From contig JBBRLX010000022.1 of the NCBI GenBank assembly GCA_038231135.1, positions 1 to 64,000 on the forward strand: a DNA stretch of 64,000 nucleotides, read 5' to 3'. The stretch is from Candidatus Eiseniibacteriota bacterium (GTDB taxonomy: Bacteria > Eisenbacteria > RBG-16-71-46). Position numbers and translations under genes: made by a program. Under the pieces are notes generated by a model. It did no database searches, had not been told where the DNA came from, and saw only the letters and a program-made list of their open reading frames with translations. Shown piece after piece: positions 35,015-44,288 of the stretch. Within the stretch, counting starts at the first letter, position 1. Each line of letters starts with the position of its first letter.

Positions 35015-36844
35015 ATGAAGAACGTCCCCGTTCCAAAACGCCCCGACGCCCAGTCGCGGGTGACGCTGCAGCGCGTGCTGTTGTCTCTCGCCGTCGCGGC
35101 GATGGGGTTCGTGGACCTGTGGTCCGCACTGCTGTCGCATCCGTCCGACCGCCTGCTCGCGATCCGCCGGCTGGTTCCGACCGACGTCCTCGACACCAGC
35201 CGCACGTTCACGCTGATCGCCGGGGCGTTGCTGCTGGTGACCGCGTGGGGGCTGCGGCGCGGCAAGCGGCGCGCGTTCGTGGCCGCGCTGTTCCTGTGCG
35301 CCGCATCCGTGCCCGTGAACCTGCTCAAGGCGCTCGATCTCGAGGAAGCCACCGTGGCCACCGCGCTGATGTTCCTGCTGGGCGTGAGCGGCGACGCGTT
35401 CCGTGTGAAGAGCCGCGAGTTGTCGTTCCGCAACCTGCGCAGCGGCTTTGCGGTGCTGGGGCTCGGGTTTGCCGCGTATGCCGTCGGCGGCTGCTGGTGG
35501 GTCGCCGTCCACCTCGGCCGCGGCGGGTCGCTGGGCATCGCGGTCCAGGAGGCGCTCTATCAGACGCTCGGCATCGGCGAGTCCGCGGTGCAGCTGCGTC
35601 CCGACCTGCTGCACCGCCAGCTCCGCATGGCGCACTGGTTCCTCGATTCGCTGAGCGTGATCGGCGTCACGCTGCTCGTGATCCTCGCGATCGCGATGCT
35701 GCAGCCCGTGCGGCATCGCCGCCAGCGCGGCGAGGATCGCCGCCGCGTCGCCGGGCTCGTCGAACAGTACGGCGACAGCTCGGTCGCCGCGTTCGCGATG
35801 CAGAACGACGCCGACTATTTTTTCAGCCCCAACCGCCGTGCCGTGATCGCGTACCGGTTCGAATCGGGCACGCTGCTGTGCTTCGGCGACCCGATCGGCC
35901 CGCCCGAGGAGATGCCGTCGCTGCTCGACGCGTTCGAGCGCCATTGCCGCGAGCACGATTGGGGGTTCGCGTTCTTCCAGGCCCGTCCCGAGTACCTCGA
36001 ACTCTACGCGCAGCGCGGCTGGCAGGCGCTGCACATCGGCGAGGACCCGGTGCTGCCGACCGGCCGGTTCACGCTCGAGGGCTCCGCGATCGGGCAGGTG
36101 CGCCGCGTGGTGCGCAAGCTGGAGGCCGAGAAGATCGAGGTGCGCATGTTCGTGCCCGGCGCGAACGCGTTCGACGCGGCCCACGACGTCGATCACATCG
36201 GCGACCAGATGAAGGCGATCTCGGACGAGTGGATGCGCAACCATCCGGGCGGCGAGAAGGGGTTCTGCATGGGCCGGTTCGACGTGCACACGCTCGGCCG
36301 GCACTGGCTGGCCGTGGCATGGAACGCCGAGTCGCGGCGCGTGGAGGCGTTCGTCACCTGGGTGCGCATCCCCGCCCGGAACGGCTGGGCGATCGACCTG
36401 ATGCGCCGGCGCGGCGACGCGCCCACCGGCGTGATGGAGTTGCTGGTGGTGAAGTCCGTGGAATCGGCGCGCGAGCGCGGGGACGCGCTGATGTCGCTCG
36501 CGCTGTCGGCGCTCGTCAGCGTTGCAGATCCGCTGCCGCCGCCCGAGACGGATGAGACCGCCGACTTGGGCCCCGATCCCGGCTCGCCCGTCGCGCCCGC
36601 CGTCGCGCCGCCGGCCGCGTATCCCGACGTGCGCGACTACCCGCGCGTGCGCGAGTTCCTCATGCAGCACCTCGCGCGGTTCTACGACTTCCAGAACCTG
36701 TTCCGCTGGAAGCGCAAGTTCGACCCGCTCTACGAGGACCGCTACCTCATCTACCCCGACGCGCTCGCGCTGCCACGGGTCGCGCTCGCGCTGGTGCGGG
36801 CGCAGAGCCCGGGCGGGCTGCTGAGCTACCTGAGGAAGTCGTGA
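35015..36844 (+). CDS. Aminoacyl-phosphatidylglycerol synthase (MprF C-terminal/DUF2156 domain) with short TM region
   Basis: GLRRGKRRA, GDPIGP, IGED, EKGFCMG, IDLMRR, GVMELL, L.RWKRKFDP..EDRYL. Confidence 0.85.
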   Translation: MKNVPVPKRPDAQSRVTLQRVLLSLAVAAMGFVDLWSALLSHPSDRLLAIRRLVPTDVLDTSRTFTLIAGALLLVTAWGLRRGKRRAFVAALFLCAASVPVNLLKALDLEEATVATALMFLLGVSGDAFRVKSRELSFRNLRSGFAVLGLGFAAYAVGGCWWVAVHLGRGGSLGIAVQEALYQTLGIGESAVQLRPDLLHRQLRMAHWFLDSLSVIGVTLLVILAIAMLQPVRHRRQRGEDRRRVAGLVEQYGDSSVAAFAMQNDADYFFSPNRRAVIAYRFESGTLLCFGDPIGPPEEMPSLLDAFERHCREHDWGFAFFQARPEYLELYAQRGWQALHIGEDPVLPTGRFTLEGSAIGQVRRVVRKLEAEKIEVRMFVPGANAFDAAHDVDHIGDQMKAISDEWMRNHPGGEKGFCMGRFDVHTLGRHWLAVAWNAESRRVEAFVTWVRIPARNGWAIDLMRRRGDAPTGVMELLVVKSVESARERGDALMSLALSALVSVADPLPPPETDETADLGPDPGSPVAPAVAPPAAYPDVRDYPRVREFLMQHLARFYDFQNLFRWKRKFDPLYEDRYLIYPDALALPRVALALVRAQSPGGLLSYLRKS

Positions 36845-37278
36845 GCGGAGGCGGGTTCTCATTCCTGCGCCATTTCATGGCGCGTAAAATCGCGATCGAC
36901 GTATCACCCGAGCGCTTCGTGTTCGATTGCGACGGCACGAACGTCGTCCTTGCGACGTATCTATTCGTCGGCGGAGATGGCCGCATCCTCGGCGCCGGCG
37001 ACTCCGTGGCGGGCGAACCAGGCGCCATCCGCATCGCGTTGTTCGGGACGGACTACGCGTCGATCCCGACCGCGAAGCCGGTGACGGAAATCGAAGTGCT
37101 GAGCGCATTCCTGCGTAATGGGATCTGGCTGAAAATGAATCGGCCGAAGCTCCTGATCAGGCCGTCCATCTCGATTCGCGGGCAGGACAGCCTCGCTGCC
37201 GCGCTTCAGGGCCGCCAGGTGGAGACGTTGCGGCAGGCGTTGCCCGCGGCGGGCGCCGGAAGCATCGACTTCGGCTGA
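36841..37278 (+). CDS. Hypothetical protein resembling the N-terminal half of MreB/actin fold
   Basis: KIAIDV..., ILGAG, LIRPSISI, LRQAL.AAGA pattern; alternative ATG at 36877. Confidence 0.5.
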   Translation: MSGGGFSFLRHFMARKIAIDVSPERFVFDCDGTNVVLATYLFVGGDGRILGAGDSVAGEPGAIRIALFGTDYASIPTAKPVTEIEVLSAFLRNGIWLKMNRPKLLIRPSISIRGQDSLAAALQGRQVETLRQALPAAGAGSIDFG

Positions 37279-37341
37279 TCACACCGGCGACGGTGGTGCA
37301 CGTCGGAGCGACCGGGATTCCGGCGTCCGGGTAGCGCTCCC

Positions 37342-38673
37342 CTACAGCAGCGTCCCGCGCAGGATCAGACTCGCCACCGTGAAGTAGATCACGAGGCCGG
37401 TCACGTCGACGAGCGTCGCGACGAACGGTGCAGAGGCGCTCGCGGGGTCGAGCTTGAGCGAGCGCAGCAGGAACGGCAGCAGCGAGCCCGCGAACGTGCC
37501 GAACGTGACCACGCCGACGAGGCTGCAGAACAGCGTGATCGCGATCTTGAAGAAGTGGATCCCGTAGGTGGGATGGATGCTCTGCCACACCAGGATGCGC
37601 AGGAAGCCGATCGAGCCGAGGATCGTGCCGAGCGCGAGGCCCGCGAACAGCTCACGGCGGATCACGCGCCACCAGTCGCGCAGCCCGACTTCGTCCAGCG
37701 CCATCGCGCGGATCACCAGCGTCGTGGCCTGCGATCCGGAGTTGCCGCCGCTCGAGATGATGAGCGGGATGAACAGCGCGAGCACCACGGCGTGCGACAG
37801 CTCGTCCTGGAAGTAGCCCATCGCGGTCGCGGTCAGCATCTCGCCGAGGAACAGCGCGGACAGCCAGCCGGCTCGCTTCCGGATCATGGTCATGAAGCCG
37901 ATGCTCATGTAGGGCTCGTCGAGCGCCTCCATGCCGCCCAGCTTCTGGATGTCCTCGGTGGCCTCCTCGCGCACCACGTCCACGATGTCGTCCGCGGTCA
38001 CGATGCCCTTCATGCGGCCTTCGGCGTCGACCACCGGCATGGCGGTGAAGCGGTACTCCTCGAACTCGCGGGTGACCTCTTCCTGGTCCATCTGGTCGGA
38101 GATCGTGACGACCTCGGCGTACATGACCTCGCGCACGCGTGCCGTCGGACTGGCGGTGAACAGCTCGCGAAACGACACCACGCCGAGCAGTTTCTGGTGT
38201 TCGTCGAGCACGTAGATGTAATAGAACGATTCGGGCGCCTGGCGCGCCTGGCGGCGCAGGTAGCTGATCGCCTCGTCCACCGTCATGTCCGGGCGCACGC
38301 GGGCATACCGGGGATTCATGAGGCCGCCGGCCTCGTCCTCGGCGTAGGCGAGCAGCGCGCTCACTTCCTTGCGCGTTGCGTCGTCGAGCGCGGCCAGCAG
38401 CCCGTCGCGGTCCTCGGCCGGCGCCGCCTGGATCACGTCCGCCGCGTCGTCGGGAGGCAGGATGCGAATCCACGTGCGGCGCTGCTCGACCGGGAACGCG
38501 AGGATGATCTGGGCCTGCTCCTGGGACGGCAGGCCGAAGAAGAAGTCCTCCGCTTCCGCAGGGGGCAGCTCGCGCAGCGCGGCGACGCGTTCTTCCGCGG
38601 GCAGCAGCGACCACGCGTCCTCGAGCTCTTCGAGGGTCAGGGGTTCTTCGAGGGTGCCGCGTTCGGGAGCCAT
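37342..38673 (-). CDS. mgtE: Magnesium transporter MgtE
   Basis: MgtE N-domain, CBS pair, SSGGNSGSQ, DPASASAPFVATLVDVTG. Confidence 0.95.
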   Translation of the reverse strand: MAPERGTLEEPLTLEELEDAWSLLPAEERVAALRELPPAEAEDFFFGLPSQEQAQIILAFPVEQRRTWIRILPPDDAADVIQAAPAEDRDGLLAALDDATRKEVSALLAYAEDEAGGLMNPRYARVRPDMTVDEAISYLRRQARQAPESFYYIYVLDEHQKLLGVVSFRELFTASPTARVREVMYAEVVTISDQMDQEEVTREFEEYRFTAMPVVDAEGRMKGIVTADDIVDVVREEATEDIQKLGGMEALDEPYMSIGFMTMIRKRAGWLSALFLGEMLTATAMGYFQDELSHAVVLALFIPLIISSGGNSGSQATTLVIRAMALDEVGLRDWWRVIRRELFAGLALGTILGSIGFLRILVWQSIHPTYGIHFFKIAITLFCSLVGVVTFGTFAGSLLPFLLRSLKLDPASASAPFVATLVDVTGLVIYFTVASLILRGTLL

Positions 38674-38770
38674 GTCGGACGCCTTTCGGGTGCAGGCGGT
38701 GCCGCCGGCCTCGAGGGTCCGGCGGCGTGGAGCAGGGCGCGGCGCGTCCTCGGACCACCGCTCGTCGTGA

Positions 38771-39301
38771 CTACATGGGGAAGAGCCAACCCACCATGAA
38801 CTTCGCGTTCGGCACGTCGCCCAGCCCCAGCTTGAGCTCGCCGAAGAACCGGCTGCCCGACCGCGTAGGAGCGCCGGCGCCCACGATCAGGCTGCCGCCG
38901 CCGAACGTCTGAGAATCGCGATTGCCGAAATCTTGCTGGTCGTAGTTCACCACGTTCACCGTGGCCCCCGCGCCCACGTATGGCCGCCAGGTCGACCGGG
39001 TGTGGAAGTGATAGTGCAGGTCGAAATTCGCGCCGAACAGCGTCTCGTGGTCGCCGATCCCGATTTCGACGCTGGGATCGAACGTCAGGTCCGGGGCCAC
39101 CTCGCCGATCACGAGCTGGCCGCCCACCACGAACTGATCCGGGCCGGTGCTGAAGCCGACGCGCGGGCCGAAGCCGGACGTGACGTAGCCCGTATCGGAC
39201 GACCGACCGACGCGCACGACGCGGGCGGCGTGAACGGCCGTGGCCGCGGACATCAGCAGGGCGAGCTGTAGCGCACAGATGAAAGCCGGTTTCTTCAACA
39301 T
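38771..39301 (-). CDS. Small outer-membrane beta-barrel protein
   Basis: GAGGTGG RBS, signal peptide, PYVGAG, amphipathic strands, terminal GWLFPM. Confidence 0.75.
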   Translation of the reverse strand: MLKKPAFICALQLALLMSAATAVHAARVVRVGRSSDTGYVTSGFGPRVGFSTGPDQFVVGGQLVIGEVAPDLTFDPSVEIGIGDHETLFGANFDLHYHFHTRSTWRPYVGAGATVNVVNYDQQDFGNRDSQTFGGGSLIVGAGAPTRSGSRFFGELKLGLGDVPNAKFMVGWLFPM

Positions 39302-39491
39302 GATTCCACCTCGGTGAGGGGTGCCGGACGCGGCCGTTGGAGTGTCACAGCAAGATAGCCGCGTCCTTTCGCCCCATGCAACCCGATGCGGTACTGTTCG
39401 TGCATTCTCGAGAGCCGCCCGTACGCGCGGCGTGCGCGGTTCCACGCCCGGCCCGACGGCCGGTGCGTCCGTCACATTCCTGGAGGACCCC

Positions 39492-41423
39492 ATGCATCGC
39501 ACGATCCCCAGTGGCAGCACCCTGTGCGCCGGTGTGCTGAGCGCGGCGATCGCGTTCGCGCTGGGCGCGGCGACGAGCGCGGCGCCCGCGTTCGCGGACA
39601 TCACCCCCGACGCGGCGAAGGTCGTGGCCCGCTATGTCGACGCCATCGGCGGCGCCGCCGCCGTGCACGCCACCACCAGCTCCCACATGAAGGCAGTGAT
39701 CGAGGCATTCGGACTCAAAGGCACCACCGAATCGTGGTCGCAGATGCCCGCGAGCCAGGCGTCCACCACCGAGATCGGGCCGATCAAGCTCCTGACCGGC
39801 AACGACGGCAAGGTGGCCTGGCACACGGACCCCACCGGCAAGGCGTCGATGCTCGACGGCAAGGATCTCGACGACGCACGGAGCGACGTGTGGTTCGACG
39901 GCGACCACTGGCTGGACGCCGATCAGGGCGGCGGCAAGGTCGCGGTGGTGCAGGAGCCCGGCGCTGGCAAGGAGTACACCGTGCTCGAGGTGACGCCGCC
40001 GGTGGGGCGCTCGCGGCGCTTCTGGATCAACGGCGGCACCGGGCTCATCGACAAGGCCACGGCCAAGCGCGACCAGAACCTGGTGACGACCACGCTCTCC
40101 GACTATCGTCCCGTGCCCCTCCCGGGCGGCGGCAAGCCGCGGCTGATGGCGTGGACGCAGAAGACGGAGATCGCCGGGATGACGGCGAACAACGTCACCC
40201 TCCACGTCGACAGTTACGAGATCAACACCCCCGTCGACGCATCACGGTTCGCGATGCCGTCGGGTGACGCCGCCGCCGATGCCATCCACTATCTCAAGAC
40301 GCCGGGGACCGCGACGCTGCCGTTCGACTACATCAGCCGCCACGTGTGGCTGCGCGCTTCGGTAAACGGCCAGCCCGCCGCCGATTTCATCTACGACACC
40401 GGCGCCAGCATCACCGTGATCGACAGCGCCTACGCCGCGAAGATCGGGCTGGCGCACGAAGGCGCGCTCCAGAGCCAGGGTGCCGGGGCAGCAGGCGCGG
40501 CGTCGCTGTCGAGCCTGAACACGCTGAAGGTCGAGGGCGTGGATGGCGACGGCGTCGAGATGACGGGGCAGCGCGTCGCGATCCTGTCGGTGAATCCGTT
40601 CCTGGCCCCGTTCTTCTGGCGCGATTGCGCGGGCATCATCGGCTACGACTTCATCACCCGGTTCGTGAACGAGATCGACTTCGACCAGAAGACGCTGACG
40701 CTCAGGGACCCGAAGACGTTCCAGTACGCGGGCAAGGGCACCGGGGTGCCGATGCGGCTCGCGGGTACGGTGCCGGTGGTCACGATGAAGCTCGACGACC
40801 AGTACGAGGGTGAGTTCCGGCTCGACGTCGGCAGCAGCTCGACCGTCGATCTGCACACGCCGTTCGTGAAGGCGCACGAACTGCGCGAGCACGCGCAGCC
40901 GGCGATCCAGGTGATGGGCGGCGGGTTCGGCGGCACGTTCACGAGCACACTCACGCGCATGAAGAAGCTCGCGGTCGGCCCCTACTCGTGGACCGATCCC
41001 ATGGTGACGCTGTCGTCCACCACGGTCGGCGCGCTCGCGAGCGAGGACTATGCGGGCAACGTGGGCAACCAGATCCTCGAGCGCTTCAAGGTCACATTCG
41101 ACTACGACCACAAGACCGTGTACCTCGAGCCCGGCAAGAACTACGCGCGTCGCGACCGGTTCTCGCGGACAGGCACCCAGCTCGCCAAGTACGGGGACAC
41201 GGTGAAGGCGCTGCAGGTCCTCGAGAATTCGCCGGCGGCCAAGGCGGGCCTCGAGGAGGGTGACGTGGTCACGGCGGTCGAAGGCAAGCCGATCGCGAGC
41301 TGGACCAGTGACGACCTGCGCAAGGTGTTCGAGGACCGTCCGAACGGTTCGAAGATCTCGATCGAATTCGTGCGCGACGGGAAGAAGAAGACGGGGACGA
41401 TGAAGCTGGCGGAGATTCTCTAG
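39492..41423 (+). CDS. Exported aspartyl protease (two retropepsin-like domains) with C-terminal PDZ
   Basis: FIYDTGAS + GIIGYDF, RLDVGSS + GNVGNQIL, PDZ SPAAKAGLEEGDVV; GGAGG RBS. Confidence 0.85.
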   Translation: MHRTIPSGSTLCAGVLSAAIAFALGAATSAAPAFADITPDAAKVVARYVDAIGGAAAVHATTSSHMKAVIEAFGLKGTTESWSQMPASQASTTEIGPIKLLTGNDGKVAWHTDPTGKASMLDGKDLDDARSDVWFDGDHWLDADQGGGKVAVVQEPGAGKEYTVLEVTPPVGRSRRFWINGGTGLIDKATAKRDQNLVTTTLSDYRPVPLPGGGKPRLMAWTQKTEIAGMTANNVTLHVDSYEINTPVDASRFAMPSGDAAADAIHYLKTPGTATLPFDYISRHVWLRASVNGQPAADFIYDTGASITVIDSAYAAKIGLAHEGALQSQGAGAAGAASLSSLNTLKVEGVDGDGVEMTGQRVAILSVNPFLAPFFWRDCAGIIGYDFITRFVNEIDFDQKTLTLRDPKTFQYAGKGTGVPMRLAGTVPVVTMKLDDQYEGEFRLDVGSSSTVDLHTPFVKAHELREHAQPAIQVMGGGFGGTFTSTLTRMKKLAVGPYSWTDPMVTLSSTTVGALASEDYAGNVGNQILERFKVTFDYDHKTVYLEPGKNYARRDRFSRTGTQLAKYGDTVKALQVLENSPAAKAGLEEGDVVTAVEGKPIASWTSDDLRKVFEDRPNGSKISIEFVRDGKKKTGTMKLAEIL

Positions 41424-41998
41424 GGCCGTAACCGGCGCACCTGCTCCGCGAGGTGCGCCGGCAGCGGTTCGGCCGCCAGGGCCGCGAGCGTCCGCGGATC
41501 CGCGCTGTGGCCGCGCACCCAGTCGAACAGTGCGCGTGCCTTCTCGGCCCGTCCGGGCTTCTCGCCGATCATCAGCGTGTACGCCACCGCCCACGCTTCG
41601 GGGCTGCCGATGGGCACGTCGTTCCAATGTCGCGTCACGAGCGTTGGGATCCGGATCACGTCCGCGCCGCCGCCGCCGCCGTGCGTCCCCGAGGCGGCCC
41701 CAGCATCCACGAAGAACGCGAACCGGCAGATCACCTCTACGGCGGCATCGAAGCACACCACCTTGTGGTCCGCGTGGATGCCCAGGTTGCCGTGGAGCGT
41801 GGGGGCGAGGTCGGCGAGCGCGGCATGAGCCTCGGCCTGCGACGCGTCGACGGTCAGATCCCAGTCGCGGACCTCATCCGCGAGCCCGAGCGCGTGCATG
41901 AGCCCGCTGCCGCCGAGCGCCCACACGATGCCGGCGGCATCGAGCCTCAGGCCCACCTCGCGCAGCGGCTCGAGCGGTGGCAGCGCCGCGGGATTCAC
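41420..41998 (-). CDS. Nucleotidyltransferase-superfamily protein
   Basis: WALGGS...VRDWDL (GS...DxD) motif. Confidence 0.7.
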   Translation of the reverse strand: MNPAALPPLEPLREVGLRLDAAGIVWALGGSGLMHALGLADEVRDWDLTVDASQAEAHAALADLAPTLHGNLGIHADHKVVCFDAAVEVICRFAFFVDAGAASGTHGGGGGADVIRIPTLVTRHWNDVPIGSPEAWAVAYTLMIGEKPGRAEKARALFDWVRGHSADPRTLAALAAEPLPAHLAEQVRRLRP

Positions 41999-42076
41999 CC
42001 CGGCGCCACCTGCGGCACACGAGCGCCACGCGGGTTCACGGTACCGCCGCCGGAGCTCATGCCGGCGCCACCGGGA

Positions 42077-43474
42077 TCACGCCAGCGCCGGATGCTGCAG
42101 GTGGAACTTCGAGCGCTGCTGCCACAGCTCTCCCAGGTCGAGCAGCCGCGCCTCGTCCCATGGCGCGCCCATGATCTGGAATCCGATCGGCATGTGCTCC
42201 TTGCCGAATCCCATCGGCAGCGCGATCGCCGGCAGCCCGCAGGTGTTGCCGATCGCGCCCACCGGGTCGGCGTAGCTGAGCGCCTGGTTCAGGTCCTGGT
42301 CGATGGGTGGGGCGACCGACATGAAGTTCGGCGTGACGATGTAGTCCCAGGTGCCGAAGAACTCGGCGACGCGCTCCTGCAGCGCCGTGCGCATGCGCCA
42401 CGCCTTCATGAGGTCCTTGCCGGTGAGCGCCGCAGCCACTAGGTCCTGGTGCGGCGCGTAGCGGTCCTTGTTCTTCTTCACGCTGCCGTCGGCGAAGAAG
42501 TTCTCGAACGTCGACAGCGCCTCGGACGTGATGATCACGTTCGCCACGTCGGCGGCGGGGAACTCGGGCAGCTTGGCGACTTCGAGCCGGCAGCCGGCGC
42601 TGCGGAGCTCCGCGACCGCGGCGTCGAACGCATGCTTCACCTCGGGCTCGCCGACCTTCGAGAAGTCGAGTTCGACGAGCGCGCCGCGCAGCCGCTTCAC
42701 GTCCCCGCGCGGCAGGCGCGCCGGCTCGTCGGCGGCGCTCGGGTCGGCGGGGTCCGGTCCGGCGATCGCTTCGAGCACCGTGCGGCAGTCGGCGGCGCTG
42801 CGGCAGATCGGGCCCACCTTGTCGTAGGTCCATGAGCACACCATGCCGCCCGCTCGGCTCACGCGCCCGTAGGTCGGGCGGATACCGGTGACGCCGCAGA
42901 ACGCGCTGGGGCACAAGATCGATCCCCAGGTCTCGGTGCCGAGCGCGAACGCCACGAACCCGGCGGCGACCGCGCAGCCCGAGCCCGACGATGAGCCGCC
43001 GGTCCAGCGCCCGGGATTCCACGGGTTGCGGCCGGGGCCGCTGACCGACGCATCCGCGAACCGGTAGCCAAGGCCGCCCGCGAACTCGACCATCGCGAGC
43101 TTGCCGAGCAGGATGGCTCCCGCCTCGCGCAGCTTGCGCACCACCGTGGCGTCGCGATCGAACATCTGCCCGGCGCACGCCGCGGTGCCCCACTCGGTGG
43201 CGATGCCGGCGGTGGCGAACAGGTCCTTGGCGCCATAGGGAATGCCGTGGAGCGGGCCGCGGTAGTGGCCGCGCGCGATCTCGGCCTCGGCGGCGCGGGC
43301 CTGGGTCCGCGCCAGCTCGGGCGTGACGCGCGCGAACGCGTTGAGCGCCGGGGCGTGGGCGCGAATGCGGGCCAGATAGGCCTCGGTCAGTTCCACCGGC
43401 GACAGCCGGCGGGCCTTGATGCGGGTAGCGAGCTCGGTCACCGGCAGCAGCAGGACGTCGTCGTCGAGGCTCAT
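42077..43474 (-). CDS. Amidase-signature enzyme (GatA/AtzE-like)
   Basis: GPLHGIPYGAKD, GGSSSGS, GTETWGSILCPS, GIRPTYGRVSR. Confidence 0.92.
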   Translation of the reverse strand: MSLDDDVLLLPVTELATRIKARRLSPVELTEAYLARIRAHAPALNAFARVTPELARTQARAAEAEIARGHYRGPLHGIPYGAKDLFATAGIATEWGTAACAGQMFDRDATVVRKLREAGAILLGKLAMVEFAGGLGYRFADASVSGPGRNPWNPGRWTGGSSSGSGCAVAAGFVAFALGTETWGSILCPSAFCGVTGIRPTYGRVSRAGGMVCSWTYDKVGPICRSAADCRTVLEAIAGPDPADPSAADEPARLPRGDVKRLRGALVELDFSKVGEPEVKHAFDAAVAELRSAGCRLEVAKLPEFPAADVANVIITSEALSTFENFFADGSVKKNKDRYAPHQDLVAAALTGKDLMKAWRMRTALQERVAEFFGTWDYIVTPNFMSVAPPIDQDLNQALSYADPVGAIGNTCGLPAIALPMGFGKEHMPIGFQIMGAPWDEARLLDLGELWQQRSKFHLQHPALA

Positions 43475-43779
43475 TTCGTCCCCTTACGTTTCGCGCGCAA
43501 CGGGCGGAACACGAACGCCGGCGGGCTCCCGGGTGCGAGCTGGAACTTGCGAACGGTGGCGAGCGATTTCCCCATCGCCGTGATCTGGCTGTCGATCTCC
43601 TTGCGCATGTCGGGCGCCAGCGCATCGCGTTCCACGCCGGCCGCGCCGGGGGTTCGCTTGCGGCTCGCGGCCGTGGTGGCCGCGGTGGCGGCCTGGACGA
43701 TGGTGCCGTGGCTCGTCGTGAGCAGCGCGGCGCCGCCGGCGAGCGCGAGCTTGAGGAAACTGCGGCGTGTGGGTCGCAT
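43471..43779 (-). CDS. Small Tat-signal protein, putative amidase partner subunit
   Basis: MRPTRRSFLK twin-arginine motif, GGAGG RBS, C-terminal PPAFVFRP; coupled to both neighbours. Confidence 0.75.
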   Translation of the reverse strand: MRPTRRSFLKLALAGGAALLTTSHGTIVQAATAATTAASRKRTPGAAGVERDALAPDMRKEIDSQITAMGKSLATVRKFQLAPGSPPAFVFRPLRAKRKGTK

Positions 43780-44288
43780 CACACCTCCCGTACGTTCGGG
43801 AACGGGCGGCCCTCGAGCCGCTCGATCGCACGGCGCAGCGCGTCGGGCACCGGCACGCTGCGCCTGGCATCGTAGTCGTAACACACCTGCACCGAGCGCG
43901 CCTCCACCACGATCCGCTGCGCCGACTGCTCGCGGATCTGGTATTCGAACGCGAACGACTTGCCGCCGACACGCGTGCAGCGGACGTGCAGCTCCAATAC
44001 CTCGCGCATCAGCGCCTCGGACCGGAAGTCGCACTCCACGCGGGCCAGTATGAACGGCACGCGCCGGTAGTCGGCGGAGCCGTCGATCGCGCGCCAGTAC
44101 TCCTGGCGCGCGACTTCGAGATAGGTGATGTAGACCGCATTGTTGATGTGGCCCATCGCGTCGGTATCGCGGAACCGCGGCTGCAGCACGTGCACCACGG
44201 TGAACGGGGCGCGGGCTGCCGCACCGCCGGGGCCCGCCGCGCCTCCCGGTGCCGGGTCGCGCGGCCCGCCACCTGGCTCAGAACGCAT
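43779..44288 (-). CDS. Acyl-CoA thioesterase (4HBT/YbgC hotdog fold)
   Basis: RFRDTDAMGHINNAVYITYLEVAR. Confidence 0.9.
   Translation of the reverse strand: MRSEPGGGPRDPAPGGAAGPGGAAARAPFTVVHVLQPRFRDTDAMGHINNAVYITYLEVARQEYWRAIDGSADYRRVPFILARVECDFRSEALMREVLELHVRCTRVGGKSFAFEYQIREQSAQRIVVEARSVQVCYDYDARRSVPVPDALRRAIERLEGRPFPNVREV

Noticed and set aside
42077..43474. Calling the amidase gatA
   Set aside because: No gatB nearby, the GatA DTGGSIRQP motif is replaced by ETWGSILCP, and the partner has a Tat signal.
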